Shown: piece after piece, positions 1 through 9,699 of the stretch
How the letters are laid out: each line of letters opens with the position of its first letter
Position numbering within the stretch: the stretch's first letter is position 1
NCBI GenBank assembly: GCA_965208655.1
Contig: CBDBPJ010000003.1
Coordinates: 551,790-615,789 of the forward strand
Direction: 5' to 3'
Source of the DNA: Gammaproteobacteria bacterium
GTDB lineage: Bacteria > Pseudomonadota > Gammaproteobacteria > Eutrophobiales > Eutrophobiaceae
DNA: 64,000 nt
Made by a program: the position numbers and the translations under genes
Notes under the pieces: model-generated
Database searches by the model: none
What the model saw: only the letters and a program-made list of their open reading frames with translations
Told to the model about the DNA's origin: nothing

Positions 1-311
1 GCTATCCGGTACGTCTTGAGGAATTTTCCATCCGACAGGGCTCCGGCGGCGTCGGCAAACTCCGCGGCGGCGACGGCGTGGTGCGAAAACTGCGCTTCCT
101 TGAACCCATGACCGCGACCATGCTGAGTTCGCACCGGATAGTGCCGCCATTCGGGCTGGCCGGTGGCGGGCCGGGGCAATGCGGTAACAACTACGTGGTG
201 CGCGCAGGTGGTGATCTCGTTCAGCTTAAGGGCAACGACGAGACAGAAATGTACAGCGGCGACCTGCTTGTGATGGAAACACCCGGAGGAGGGGGGTTTG
301 GCAAGGCCTGA
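1..311 (+). CDS. 3' end of a hydantoinase B/oxoprolinase-family (HyuB-like) gene, truncated by the window edge
   Basis: Frame is open from position 3; C-terminal motifs GGGPG ... ETPGGGGFG are typical of HyuB C-termini; stop at 309-311. Confidence 0.65.
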   Translation, partial: YPVRLEEFSIRQGSGGVGKLRGGDGVVRKLRFLEPMTATMLSSHRIVPPFGLAGGGPGQCGNNYVVRAGGDLVQLKGNDETEMYSGDLLVMETPGGGGFGKA

Positions 312-318
312 GGTTGTT

Positions 319-1350
319 TTACGAAAACTCTTCCCGCAACTGTCTGGCTGCTTCACACATTGCCTGCAGCTTGCCGAATGCAGACTCCAGTGACAGGTAT
401 TTCATGCCGCAGTCCGGCGCCAGTATGACACGTTCCTTGTTTATATATGGCAGGGACCGTAACACCCTGGCTTTGATTGTTTCAACAGTCTCTATTTCTT
501 GCGTCGACAGGTCCAGCACGCCGAGCAGGATTTGCTTGTCCGGAAGGGATTCCAGTACCGTACAATCCAGGTTCGACTGGGCCGTTTCTATGGAAACCTG
601 GTTGCAATTTGCGTCGGCAAATTCCGGCAGGAATGAATATCCTTCAGGACGATCGTGAATCAATGCAGCATATCCGAAACAAATGTGTACGCAGGTCTTA
701 CCATTTACCCCTTCAAGAGCCCTGTTCAATACCGCTATGCCATATTCTTTCGCCTTCTCCGGCCGGAACTGCATGTAAGGCTCATCAATCTGTACCACGT
801 CTGCGCCGGCCGCAAACAAGTCCTTTACTTCTTCGTTGACTGCGACAGCGTAATCCATGGCGCAATCCAACTCAGATGAATAATGATCATTCTGCGCCTG
901 CTGCGTCATGGTAAAAGGCCCCGGCACCGTCATTTTTATGGCCTTACCGGTATTAGCCCGTAAGAACTTCACATCTTCAACAGCCACGGAATGACTGCGC
1001 CGAATCGGGCCGACGATACGCGGCACGAAAACCGGTTCACCACTGCGGTCCAGTGCTTGTCCGGGGTTGTCGATATCAATACCATCCCATACCGTCGCAT
1101 AATGATTGGAATAACTCTCTCTTCTGATTTCCCCATCTGAAACGATATCCAGGCCTGCTCTTTCCTGGTCCTGGATAGCCAGGCGGGTGGCGTCGTCCTG
1201 GGCCTCACGCAGATAAACATCCTCAATGCGCCATAGCTCCCTGGCGCGGGTGCGCGGCGGGAAGCGTTTTGCAAGTTTTTCGCGATCGATTAACCAGTCG
1301 GGTTGCGGATAGCTGCCGACAATTGTGCAAGGAAAGAAAGGAAGTTTCAT
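319..1350 (-). CDS. Cobalamin-independent methionine synthase (MetE C-terminal domain)-like protein, Meth_synt_2/URO-D-like fold
   Basis: 343 aa; N-terminal CTIVGSYPQPDWL and overall resemblance to the short MetE-like family; divergent from the downstream MBL gene. Confidence 0.55.
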   Translation of the reverse strand: MKLPFFPCTIVGSYPQPDWLIDREKLAKRFPPRTRARELWRIEDVYLREAQDDATRLAIQDQERAGLDIVSDGEIRRESYSNHYATVWDGIDIDNPGQALDRSGEPVFVPRIVGPIRRSHSVAVEDVKFLRANTGKAIKMTVPGPFTMTQQAQNDHYSSELDCAMDYAVAVNEEVKDLFAAGADVVQIDEPYMQFRPEKAKEYGIAVLNRALEGVNGKTCVHICFGYAALIHDRPEGYSFLPEFADANCNQVSIETAQSNLDCTVLESLPDKQILLGVLDLSTQEIETVETIKARVLRSLPYINKERVILAPDCGMKYLSLESAFGKLQAMCEAARQLREEFS

Positions 1351-1398
1351 ATCCTTTATAATAAACGATGTTCGGAAATAAATTAATGGATACAGGCT

Positions 1399-2517
1399 AT
1401 GTCTATACTTAACACGTTCAATAAGTTCGATCAGGTTCGCCGCAGGTTACTGACTGCAATGACCGGAGGAGCACTTACCGGAGTATCGGCCCTTGCCATC
1501 AACCAGGCTGCAGCCGCTACCAGCGCTGCTGCGTCGCCGGGACTACCCGCCAACGCCCTTGCGGACCTGGACAAAAAAGGGATGCAGTTGATCATCACGG
1601 GTTCAGGTTCGGCATTACCTGACCCGCTGCGCGGCGGCGCAAGCTGCGCGGTAGTGGTCGATGGCACGGTGCTGCAGTTTGACTGCGGTCGCCGGGTCCT
1701 GGAAAACCTGATGCTGGTGGGGATCAACCCGATGAAGATCGACCACCTGTTCTTCACCCACCTTCACTTCGACCATATCTCCGATTATGACTATTACGCG
1801 ATTACCAACTGGATTGCCGGCAGACAGGATCCGGTGTACGTGTACGGCCCGGGTGGAACGGAGCGAATGTCGGAAGGCGCTATCCAATACATGCATGCAA
1901 TGAACGTGGAATTCATCGGCACTATCCTTGAGCACTGGCCGCCGCATATGAGCGCCCGCCCGCGTGCCACACCTCCTTATGAAGTGCGGGACATAGGACC
2001 GGGCACGGTATTGGAGACTGATAATTACAAGGTATCATGCGTTGAGACAAAACACCTTCCCGACCCGGCAGTGAAAAGCCTGGGCTACCGGGTTGACTCG
2101 GACTACGGTTCCGTTGCAATAAGTGGTGATACTGCTGTTTCTGATGGGATGAAAACCCTGGCAAAAGACGTGGATATCCTGGTGCATGAGTGCGTCAAGC
2201 CGGACCTGGGCATGACGCCGGGCGGGAAGTTCAGCCTCAAGGACTTCCATAAGGAGGAGTTGATGGAAGAACGTCCTCAGACCGGCCACACCAGCCCGAC
2301 CCAGCTAGGCCGGTTGGCCAGTGAGGTAAACGCGAAGAAACTGGTAGCGTATCACCTCGCGCCCTATACCAGCGTCCCGGCGGCGATCGAAATGTCCAGC
2401 ATGTATCTCGGGCCGAGCCCGGGGCACTCAATCTGGGGCGAGTTTGTTCATGCCATGAAACAGCAGTATGACGGCCCGGTGATCCTCGCTGAAGACCGGA
2501 TGATATTCAGCCTGTGA
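1399..2517 (+). CDS. MBL-fold metallo-hydrolase with Tat signal peptide
   Basis: RRRLL twin-arginine motif followed by hydrophobic stretch; THLHFDH (HxHxDH) metallo-beta-lactamase motif. Confidence 0.75.
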   Translation: MSILNTFNKFDQVRRRLLTAMTGGALTGVSALAINQAAAATSAAASPGLPANALADLDKKGMQLIITGSGSALPDPLRGGASCAVVVDGTVLQFDCGRRVLENLMLVGINPMKIDHLFFTHLHFDHISDYDYYAITNWIAGRQDPVYVYGPGGTERMSEGAIQYMHAMNVEFIGTILEHWPPHMSARPRATPPYEVRDIGPGTVLETDNYKVSCVETKHLPDPAVKSLGYRVDSDYGSVAISGDTAVSDGMKTLAKDVDILVHECVKPDLGMTPGGKFSLKDFHKEELMEERPQTGHTSPTQLGRLASEVNAKKLVAYHLAPYTSVPAAIEMSSMYLGPSPGHSIWGEFVHAMKQQYDGPVILAEDRMIFSL

Positions 2518-2525
2518 TGCTCTGT

Positions 2526-3449
2526 TTATTCCGGGCCGAGTATCATGTTGATGACCTGCTTGCATAGCCGGCTGTTTTCGTCCACCAGCAACAGGGCCGT
2601 ATCAGCGTGGTCTTCACCCTCAAGCAACAGGTAGTGGGCGTCCACGCCCGCGGATTTTAGGGCATCGGCAAAATCCATGGACGGCTGCACGTACTCTTCC
2701 TCGGAACCGGTGGCGACCAGGGCCGCGGGCGCCGGATCGTTGATCTTCAGGATCGGACTGGCCTGCACCCTGATCTCAGGGGTCGGTGCGTAAGCGTCCA
2801 ACTGGCCGGGCCGTCTTTTTACCCTGATATCATAGGGTCCGCTTATGGGTATGATGGCTTTCAATATGTCGTTCGGCATGCCCATCTCGGTCAGCCAGGC
2901 ACGATCAACCCCGATATCCGCAGTAAGGACAGCACCGGCAGAGTGACCGGCCACGTAGATGTTCTCCGGATCGCCGCCGTATTGTTCGATATTGTGAAAG
3001 ATCCATCTGACGGCGCTTTTTATATCATCGGGTTGATCCGGGTAGTGGGCGCCGCTGCCGGTCAGCCGATAGCTGAGTGCAACCGTGATTATCCCCCGTT
3101 TGATAAACGGTTCCGCAACAGAGCCGTAGTGGGCCTTATCACCTTCGCGAAAGCCGCCGCCGTGTACGAATAAAAACACCGGGGCATTTGACACTTTGCC
3201 CTTGGGCAGGTAGATGTCGAGGCGCTGTTTCAGATCGGTACCGTAAACAAGATCCAGGTAGTGCGGGTAGTTATCTCTGACCCTGGCCGTATGCTCATCC
3301 ATACGGCTATAAAAGCTTCCCCAATCAATATCAAACTCAGCAGGGTTGCTCACCGTATAATATGAATACATATCTTGTGCGTTCACAGGAGCGGTGAAGA
3401 ACATCACCCAAACGGCTAATACAAAAAATCGTAGCGTTGATGTCGACAT
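2526..3449 (-). CDS. Secreted alpha/beta-hydrolase-fold esterase/lipase
   Basis: N-terminal signal peptide ending VNAQD; HGGGF oxyanion motif and GHSAG nucleophile elbow. Confidence 0.75.
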   Translation of the reverse strand: MSTSTLRFFVLAVWVMFFTAPVNAQDMYSYYTVSNPAEFDIDWGSFYSRMDEHTARVRDNYPHYLDLVYGTDLKQRLDIYLPKGKVSNAPVFLFVHGGGFREGDKAHYGSVAEPFIKRGIITVALSYRLTGSGAHYPDQPDDIKSAVRWIFHNIEQYGGDPENIYVAGHSAGAVLTADIGVDRAWLTEMGMPNDILKAIIPISGPYDIRVKRRPGQLDAYAPTPEIRVQASPILKINDPAPAALVATGSEEEYVQPSMDFADALKSAGVDAHYLLLEGEDHADTALLLVDENSRLCKQVINMILGPE

Positions 3450-3483
3450 GGCTTATCTCCTGATAATTAATATGATTGTGTGA

Positions 3484-3586
3484 GGTGCCCGGACATGTGT
3501 TTCAGGACTATCATCCGCAGGGATAGCGGATGGTAAGCGTACAGGGATGTATTCACAGCGAGTCCTGAAACACATGTCCGGGCGCC
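3484..3586. repeat. ~103-bp structured intergenic element: 26-bp near-perfect inverted repeat (one G-U position) around a 51-nt loop that holds an inner 7-bp hairpin (catccgc/gcggatg)
   Basis: Left arm ggtgcccggacatgtgtttcaggact (3484-3509); right arm agtcctgaaacacatgtccgggcgcc (3561-3586); sits between two same-strand genes. Confidence 0.5.
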
Positions 3587-3619
3587 AGGAATAAATCAGA
3601 TAGTTTTTCGATATTCTGA

Positions 3620-5005
3620 TTATCCATCCGGGGTGTATACTTCACCGCCCTTGATGATCAAGACGATTTTATGCTGCAGCAGGGTGATATCCTGGAGCGG
3701 GTCGCCATCCACGATCACCATGTCGGCAAACTTGCCCTCCGTGACCGTACCCAGGTCTTTTTCCACGCCCTGCATCTGTGCCGGGCGCAAAGTGGCGCTC
3801 TGGATCACTTCCATGGGGGTCAATCCGGCCTCGACATAGTGTTGCATCTCCTTCGTTAACGCACTGTGCATGTTGAAAGGTGAACCGGCATCTGTTCCGG
3901 CAACGATCTGCTCGCGACCGCCTGCCGCGATAAAGGTTTTCAGTTTCCGTTTCGCCACCTTGATGCGTTCCGGCGCGCCGATGCCCCAGGGCACCGCGTT
4001 CGGGTTCTTCCAGGAATCGCGCAGGTGCGCGTACACGTCCGGGGGATATTGTTTCCTGAAGCGGGGATGGTCTGTGAATTCCGGGAAGGCAAACACGCGC
4101 GCATAGGCCTGGCGCATCTCAATGGTCGGTACGATATAGGGGCCGCGCAGGATATTGGCCATCGGTCCGGTGGGAGGGGGTTTTATGCCGCGTACCAGGA
4201 AGCGGATATCCGCGGCGCTGTAATCCGATAACGGATCGGCGGTAAAAACGTGATGCAGACGGTCAACACCGGCTTCGATCGCGGTGCGGTAGGCATTCAT
4301 ATGGCGCACGTCGGCCTCTACACCGAGTCCGGCCGCATGGGCCGTATCCACTATCGCCTTCAGAATTTCCAGGTCCCAGAATCTGGCCACCTTGATTTGG
4401 TCTACCCCAAGACCGATGACTTTTTCAGTAACCTGTTTTGCTTCGGCAGGCGAGGCGATGAGATATTCTATATTGCTGGTGGCGGTTATTTCAGGATTAG
4501 TCTGATGCAGCACGGGCCCGGCCAGGAACAGCCTGGGACCGGGCAGACGGCCCGCCTTGATATCCGCTCTCAGGGCCAGTTGCTCGTGAATCGGGCCGCC
4601 CGTGTCGCGGAAGGTTGTAATCCCCGCCATCAGCGTCGTCCTGGCCACGGCAGCCATGATCGAACCGGCCCGGGATTTGAATTTATCCGGAAACGTCGCC
4701 GGGTCTCCTTCGCCGATATGGTATAAATGTCCGTGAGATTCCCACAATCCCGGCAGGATGGTCATGCCGTTGACATCCAGTGTTTCAACTCCCTCGGGAA
4801 TGTCCACGGAATTCACATCGCCGACCTTCATAACGCGGTCGCCGGAGACCAGCACCACCGCATTCTGTACAGGCAGACCGCCGTAGCCGTCAACGAGTGT
4901 GCCGCCGTTCAGGGCCAGTGTGGGTGTGTCTTGCGCCGCTACCGGGCCCGAAAATACGGCCAGACTGAGGCAGAACAGTGTAGATATTGAGATTCTTTGT
5001 TTCAT
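3620..5005 (-). CDS. Secreted metal-dependent amidohydrolase-family protein
   Basis: Start placed at internal ATG (MKQRISIS) preceded by GAGGGGG RBS, followed by signal peptide; C-terminal GKFADMVIVDGDPLQD amidohydrolase signature; the track ORF extends to 5125 but that extension has no RBS or signal. Confidence 0.7.
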   Translation of the reverse strand: MKQRISISTLFCLSLAVFSGPVAAQDTPTLALNGGTLVDGYGGLPVQNAVVLVSGDRVMKVGDVNSVDIPEGVETLDVNGMTILPGLWESHGHLYHIGEGDPATFPDKFKSRAGSIMAAVARTTLMAGITTFRDTGGPIHEQLALRADIKAGRLPGPRLFLAGPVLHQTNPEITATSNIEYLIASPAEAKQVTEKVIGLGVDQIKVARFWDLEILKAIVDTAHAAGLGVEADVRHMNAYRTAIEAGVDRLHHVFTADPLSDYSAADIRFLVRGIKPPPTGPMANILRGPYIVPTIEMRQAYARVFAFPEFTDHPRFRKQYPPDVYAHLRDSWKNPNAVPWGIGAPERIKVAKRKLKTFIAAGGREQIVAGTDAGSPFNMHSALTKEMQHYVEAGLTPMEVIQSATLRPAQMQGVEKDLGTVTEGKFADMVIVDGDPLQDITLLQHKIVLIIKGGEVYTPDG

Positions 5006-5030
5006 GATTACCCCCTCGGGCACGGCGCAT

Positions 5031-5447
5031 TTAATCCATGAGGCCGATGTGGTGAGCGTGGAACGGGTTGTCGATAATGGTCTTCCAGGTGCCGTCCGGC
5101 TGCCGCTTGACCACGTTGCCGTCATAGGATGTCACAAAAACCTCTTCGCCATCGGCCGAGGTGCCCCTGATTTCCCATTTCAATGTAAAAAATGCAACGT
5201 CATCAGCCTCGACAAACTGCATCGCTTCCACTTTCAGTTTCGGTTTAATGGCCTGGAACTGTTCGAGTGCCTGACGAATATTTTCCAGCCCGGTCAGTGC
5301 GGGTTTGCCGGGTTCCTGTACGAACACGGCGTTATCGTCGTACAAGGCCATCGCTTTATCCAGGTTGCCTTCATTCATCGCTTGCTGGAACAATTCATCC
5401 ACGCGCCGCGCCGTGCGTGGTCTCTCATAGGTACTGTCTTTATTCAT
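5031..5447 (-). CDS. NTF2/SnoaL-like (DUF4440-type) small protein
   Basis: ~139 aa from ATG MNKDSTYER; fold-level resemblance to SnoaL/ketosteroid-isomerase-like proteins. Confidence 0.45.
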   Translation of the reverse strand: MNKDSTYERPRTARRVDELFQQAMNEGNLDKAMALYDDNAVFVQEPGKPALTGLENIRQALEQFQAIKPKLKVEAMQFVEADDVAFFTLKWEIRGTSADGEEVFVTSYDGNVVKRQPDGTWKTIIDNPFHAHHIGLMD

Positions 5448-5533
5448 GACTTTTACCTGTAAATTACCTGATGTATTGAGCTCCAAAATATATGTAAGAT
5501 AATTCTTTAATATTATTTAGATATAATAGTTAT

Positions 5534-7477
5534 TTAAAGTAATTGCTCAACTGCACGTTTACCTTCAGCTGCCGCTGTTTGCCATACCTGCGTTCCAGTC
5601 AGTTCCGAATGCGCAAACGCGATACGGCCATGAACCGTGTTACGGATCACATCCTTGGCGGCGGGTTTGCCGTCCTTGCCGAAATAAAACCCGGGAGGTT
5701 GAACGACATACGCATGCCCCCAGCGGTTGAGTACAATCCCGGCTATGTCACGTTTGGCATCGAAACCGCTTGCGCCGAACAGGACTTGTAATTGTCTACG
5801 GATTTGTAGTTCGAAATCCCTGAAGCCAGGCCCCAGCAGTGAGTAGCGTGCGGCGACCGCCTGATCTCTTACCGGCATGCCGGGATACAGAAAAGGCACG
5901 TACATCGTCAGGACAGTCGGTTTGTTCGGGTCAAGGGGCATGGGTTCTTGCCCGTCGATCATCATTTGTCTCCTGATACAGGTAAACCAGCCGAAGCCTT
6001 CAAACCAGCGGGCTGCGGTTATGCCCAGCTTTTCCATAAACTTCCAGTTTCTTACCGCGACGTTCACCGTCAGTACCGGACCATGCATGAAACTGTCCAT
6101 GGCGTTATACAACTCAGGCGCCAGTCCCTTTACAATTATTTTGTTCACTGCCTGGTTGGCCGCCATTACCACCGATTTTGCCGTCAGTTTATGCAGGGAT
6201 CCGTTTTTATAGTAGATTACATTCACCCCTCCGTTCTTTTCGCTGCCGGTATTCTCAACAGAGACGACAGTACAACCACCCCGAAAGCGGACGGAATTGC
6301 CCGGGCGATCCAATTCCTGCCAATTTATCGGGTTAAACAAAATGGCGCTCACGGACAGATCGCCCTTGATAGAGCCGGGAATGAGATGTTTCAGAAAGTA
6401 ACGCGCAATACCGGCGTTACCACCGGGAAAGGCGGCAAGATGAAGCAGGTCGGTCGGGTCCGTGTTATCCGTGATATACCGGAAATAACCTGCCGGGCCG
6501 GGCAGCGCGAATTCAAATGCTGCATAGGCTGATGTGACATCAGAACCCAGGCCGTGTCCGACAGTAGCGCCAAACGGGTCTACCAGTTTTGCGTATTCGG
6601 GCGAGACGCCGAGCACTTTGGTAAGGAAATCCAGGTAAGTCATGCTGTCGAGCCAGTGTTCCCAGTCATCACGGCGCGGCGGCATGCGATAGGACTCCAG
6701 GGTCATATAGTCAAGTTTTAACCTGTCCGGAATGGGAGCATCACGAAACCCGTTATTCCAGGGGTTGATTGCCCAGCCGCCATCGGGTGTTGAGTCCCTG
6801 CCGTAAAAATAACCTGAATCAGCTGCCTCCCAGGTCTGCAACATGGGGAAATAGATGTCCTTGGCTACACGCAGGTCTTTAGCGCTGCCGCTTAATTCCT
6901 GCCAGGCAAATTCGTCCGGCAAACCCAGTTCAGACCAGTAGTCATGGTAGAAACCCATCTGTTTGGTGACGGAAACAGGCCACAGATTGCCGTTGGAGCC
7001 CTGTGGGCCGTAGAGATGATAACCGTCCACATTGAATTCATTCTGTTTTGCCTCACCACCAAAAATCAGATGGTTGTCCAGGACCAGACAGTTTCTGTTA
7101 TCGCCGGCATGTTTGTTGAAGCTATATGCGGCACTCAGACCTGAAAATCCGCCGCCCACTACGACGAGGTCGTAGGTCTCACCGCTATCAACTGCCAGCG
7201 TCGCGGCGTCGGCAAACTGGTTGTTTCTCATTGCATGGGCCGCGTTAACAACCTCTGCCGTATTGCCGTTGCTGGCCGCATAGTCGCCGATCCCCCCGGG
7301 TCCCGTCCACTCGCTCCCAAACTGGGCTAGAAATTGCGACCTGTCTGCGGCTGAAAGACCGGGTGAACCGGTTGCCATTAATGCGCTGCCAGCTCCGACC
7401 AGCGTTGAACCTATGAAATCTCGCCGCGTGATGGGCATGTCCATGCCCAGTTTCTTTTCTTTACTGGAAGCCGACAT
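5534..7477 (-). CDS. Tat-secreted FAD-dependent amine oxidoreductase (spermidine-dehydrogenase-like family)
   Basis: TRRDFIGSTLVGAGSALMA Tat signal; DLVVVGGGFSGLSAAY Rossmann FAD-binding motif; ~640 aa. Confidence 0.65.
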   Translation of the reverse strand: MSASSKEKKLGMDMPITRRDFIGSTLVGAGSALMATGSPGLSAADRSQFLAQFGSEWTGPGGIGDYAASNGNTAEVVNAAHAMRNNQFADAATLAVDSGETYDLVVVGGGFSGLSAAYSFNKHAGDNRNCLVLDNHLIFGGEAKQNEFNVDGYHLYGPQGSNGNLWPVSVTKQMGFYHDYWSELGLPDEFAWQELSGSAKDLRVAKDIYFPMLQTWEAADSGYFYGRDSTPDGGWAINPWNNGFRDAPIPDRLKLDYMTLESYRMPPRRDDWEHWLDSMTYLDFLTKVLGVSPEYAKLVDPFGATVGHGLGSDVTSAYAAFEFALPGPAGYFRYITDNTDPTDLLHLAAFPGGNAGIARYFLKHLIPGSIKGDLSVSAILFNPINWQELDRPGNSVRFRGGCTVVSVENTGSEKNGGVNVIYYKNGSLHKLTAKSVVMAANQAVNKIIVKGLAPELYNAMDSFMHGPVLTVNVAVRNWKFMEKLGITAARWFEGFGWFTCIRRQMMIDGQEPMPLDPNKPTVLTMYVPFLYPGMPVRDQAVAARYSLLGPGFRDFELQIRRQLQVLFGASGFDAKRDIAGIVLNRWGHAYVVQPPGFYFGKDGKPAAKDVIRNTVHGRIAFAHSELTGTQVWQTAAAEGKRAVEQLL

Positions 7478-7602
7478 CGTGTGTTTTTGTTATATGCAGT
7501 TCGTGGTATGGGATATACGGGAAATCAGGAATATGACAGGTTGCGCTGTCGTACCTATAATATATAAATATAATCGATCACGGTTAACAAGGTGAACCTT
7601 CT

Positions 7603-8985
7603 ATGACAGAGCTTGCCAGAAGCACAAATGAATGGCAACAGGCCGATCTCATCAATTACCTTCACCCGTTTACGGATTACAAGGCATTGCTGGACGAAAA
7701 AGCGCTTGTGATCACGCGCGGGAAAGGTTGCTACGTCTGGGACAGTGACAATAACAGGTACCTGGACGGCCTCGCCGGCCTCGCCTGTGTCAATATCGGT
7801 TATGGCCGGACCGAACTCGGACGGGTTGCTGCTGCGCAAGTGGCGGAGTTGAGCTACTTCAACAGTTTTTTCAAGTCGACGAATCCAGCGGCCATAAGGT
7901 TGGCCGAGAGACTCGTTGACATAACGCCGGATGGATTGAACCACGTCTTCTACGCCAACTCCGGTTCCGAGGCAAACGATACGGCGTTGCGCATGGTAAG
8001 ACAGTACTGGATGCTGGAAGGCCGGCCGGAAAAGCAGACGGTCATCGCCAGGGAAATGGCCTATCACGGCAGTACCGTGGCAGCCGGAGCATTATCCGGT
8101 ATGCCGCCTATGCATGAACAGGCCGCGGTAGTACCGGATATCCAGCATATCCAGTGTCCCTACCAGTTTCAGTACGGCCGGGACATGAACGAGGAAGCGT
8201 TCGGGTTGATCGCTTCGCGCTGGCTCGAAGACAGGATACTGGAAACGGGTCCTGAGAAAGTGGCGGCATTCTTTGCCGAACCGGTGCAGGGCGCCGGCGG
8301 CGCCAAGATTCCGCCGCGGAATTATTTCAAGGAGATTGGCAGGATATGCAGGAAATACGATGTCCTGCTGGTTATCGACGAGGTGATTACCGGGTTTGGC
8401 CGGACCGGGAAGTGGTTCGCCAGCGACCTCATGCAGATAGAACAGGTAGACTTGATGTGTATAGCCAAGGGGATTACCTCAGGTTACCTGCCGCTCTCAG
8501 CGGTCATGGTCGGTGACCGGGTGGCTGATGCCTTGATCGAAAAAGGTGGGGAGTTCTTTCATGGATTTACCTATTCCGGGCATCCGGTCAGTTGTGCGGT
8601 GGCGCTGGAAAATCTCCGTATCCTTGACGAAGAGGAGATAATCCTGGAGGTGGAAGGGAAAACCGGGCCCTACCTGAAGCAGCGCCTGGAGGCGTTGTCC
8701 GGTTCGTCGATGGTAGGAGAAGTACGCAGTTGCGGCATGATCGGCGCAGTGGAACTGGTCCGGGATAGCAAGACAATGGAACCGATTGCCGATGAAATGG
8801 AGGAAGTTGAGCAATACACGGACGTATTTCGCGACCTGTGTCTTGAACAGGGCATCATCGTACGCCCGATAGGCTCGACGATCATGCTGTGCCCGCCGTT
8901 GATTATAACCGAGCCGGAAATCGATTTTCTGGTGGATAAAATGCAGATTGCCCTGCACGGATTTGAGAAGGTTATCCCGGGGTAA
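7603..8985 (+). CDS. Class-III (omega) aminotransferase, PLP-dependent
   Basis: 460 aa; LVIDEVITGFGRTG motif and overall aspartate-aminotransferase-family-III pattern; divergent from the FAD oxidoreductase. Confidence 0.85.
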   Translation: MTELARSTNEWQQADLINYLHPFTDYKALLDEKALVITRGKGCYVWDSDNNRYLDGLAGLACVNIGYGRTELGRVAAAQVAELSYFNSFFKSTNPAAIRLAERLVDITPDGLNHVFYANSGSEANDTALRMVRQYWMLEGRPEKQTVIAREMAYHGSTVAAGALSGMPPMHEQAAVVPDIQHIQCPYQFQYGRDMNEEAFGLIASRWLEDRILETGPEKVAAFFAEPVQGAGGAKIPPRNYFKEIGRICRKYDVLLVIDEVITGFGRTGKWFASDLMQIEQVDLMCIAKGITSGYLPLSAVMVGDRVADALIEKGGEFFHGFTYSGHPVSCAVALENLRILDEEEIILEVEGKTGPYLKQRLEALSGSSMVGEVRSCGMIGAVELVRDSKTMEPIADEMEEVEQYTDVFRDLCLEQGIIVRPIGSTIMLCPPLIITEPEIDFLVDKMQIALHGFEKVIPG

Positions 8986-9017
8986 ATCTTCAACTATCTT
9001 AATGGGAGCAAATTCAA

Positions 9018-9653
9018 ATGAGAATTAGTATTGACTGGCAGCGAAAAGAAGAGGCGCTGATTGCCGGGCTGATCGGCCGCGTGGACAGTACCAACGCTGA
9101 TAAATTTCAAAAGATGATGGAGGCTGAAATTGCCCCTAAAGACAAGGTGTTAATCATGGATTTTGAACAAGTCTCCTACATCAGCAGCGCGGGTCTGCGT
9201 GTCGTGGTGATAATGGCCAAGAAATTCAAGGGGCCGTACAAGCAATTTGGCGTTTGTGCGCTTTCGGAACCGATAAAGAAGATTTTCAAAATGAGCGGAC
9301 TGGATCGGGCCATGCCGGTTATCGGCACACAGACTGAGGCGATAGCCAAATTCAGCCAGGACGAGGTGGAAGAAGTACAAAAGAAAGAAGTAAAAATCAA
9401 GGTTAAGGAAGCGGTCGATTACGTTATCGTGGGGGACAACATCGAGGACATTACCAATTTCACCCTTGAGAAGTATGAATTCACTAATGACACAGTCCTC
9501 TCCGACGATATACGCCGTGCTGCAACCACCAAGATAAAAACCGTGTTGTGGCAAGAGATAGAGCGATTGAGACACCACCGCAAGATGTTGCTGGAAAAGA
9601 TGTTCAAAGATGCGGAAAAGACGCTGAATGAAGTAATTGCCGGAAAGAAATAG
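9018..9653 (+). CDS. STAS-domain protein (anti-sigma-factor-antagonist-like) with ~100-aa K/E-rich C-terminal extension
   Basis: N-terminal ~110 aa with FEQVSYISSAGLRVVV STAS signature; visibly lower GC than its neighbours. Confidence 0.55.
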   Translation: MRISIDWQRKEEALIAGLIGRVDSTNADKFQKMMEAEIAPKDKVLIMDFEQVSYISSAGLRVVVIMAKKFKGPYKQFGVCALSEPIKKIFKMSGLDRAMPVIGTQTEAIAKFSQDEVEEVQKKEVKIKVKEAVDYVIVGDNIEDITNFTLEKYEFTNDTVLSDDIRRAATTKIKTVLWQEIERLRHHRKMLLEKMFKDAEKTLNEVIAGKK

Positions 9654-9699
9654 CCTGTCTCAGGTTACTGCCCGGCGGTATTCAATACGCTTGTAGCAG

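Noticed and set aside
2-190. 62-aa minus-strand ORF at the window start, and the many other 60-200-aa antisense/embedded ORFs in the track (e.g. 477-839, 1431-1757, 10482-11252, 16130-16730, 22054-22614, 35173-35897, 45729-46277)
   Set aside because: They lie entirely inside, or antisense to, well-supported long genes in high-GC DNA where stop codons are rare. They have no RBS and no domain signatures. They are treated as artefacts.
3620-5125. Track start of the amidohydrolase (MTATWSSGSR...)
   Set aside because: The internal ATG at 5005 has a strong GAGGGGG RBS and begins a typical signal peptide. The 40-codon upstream extension is Ser/Thr/Arg-rich with no RBS.
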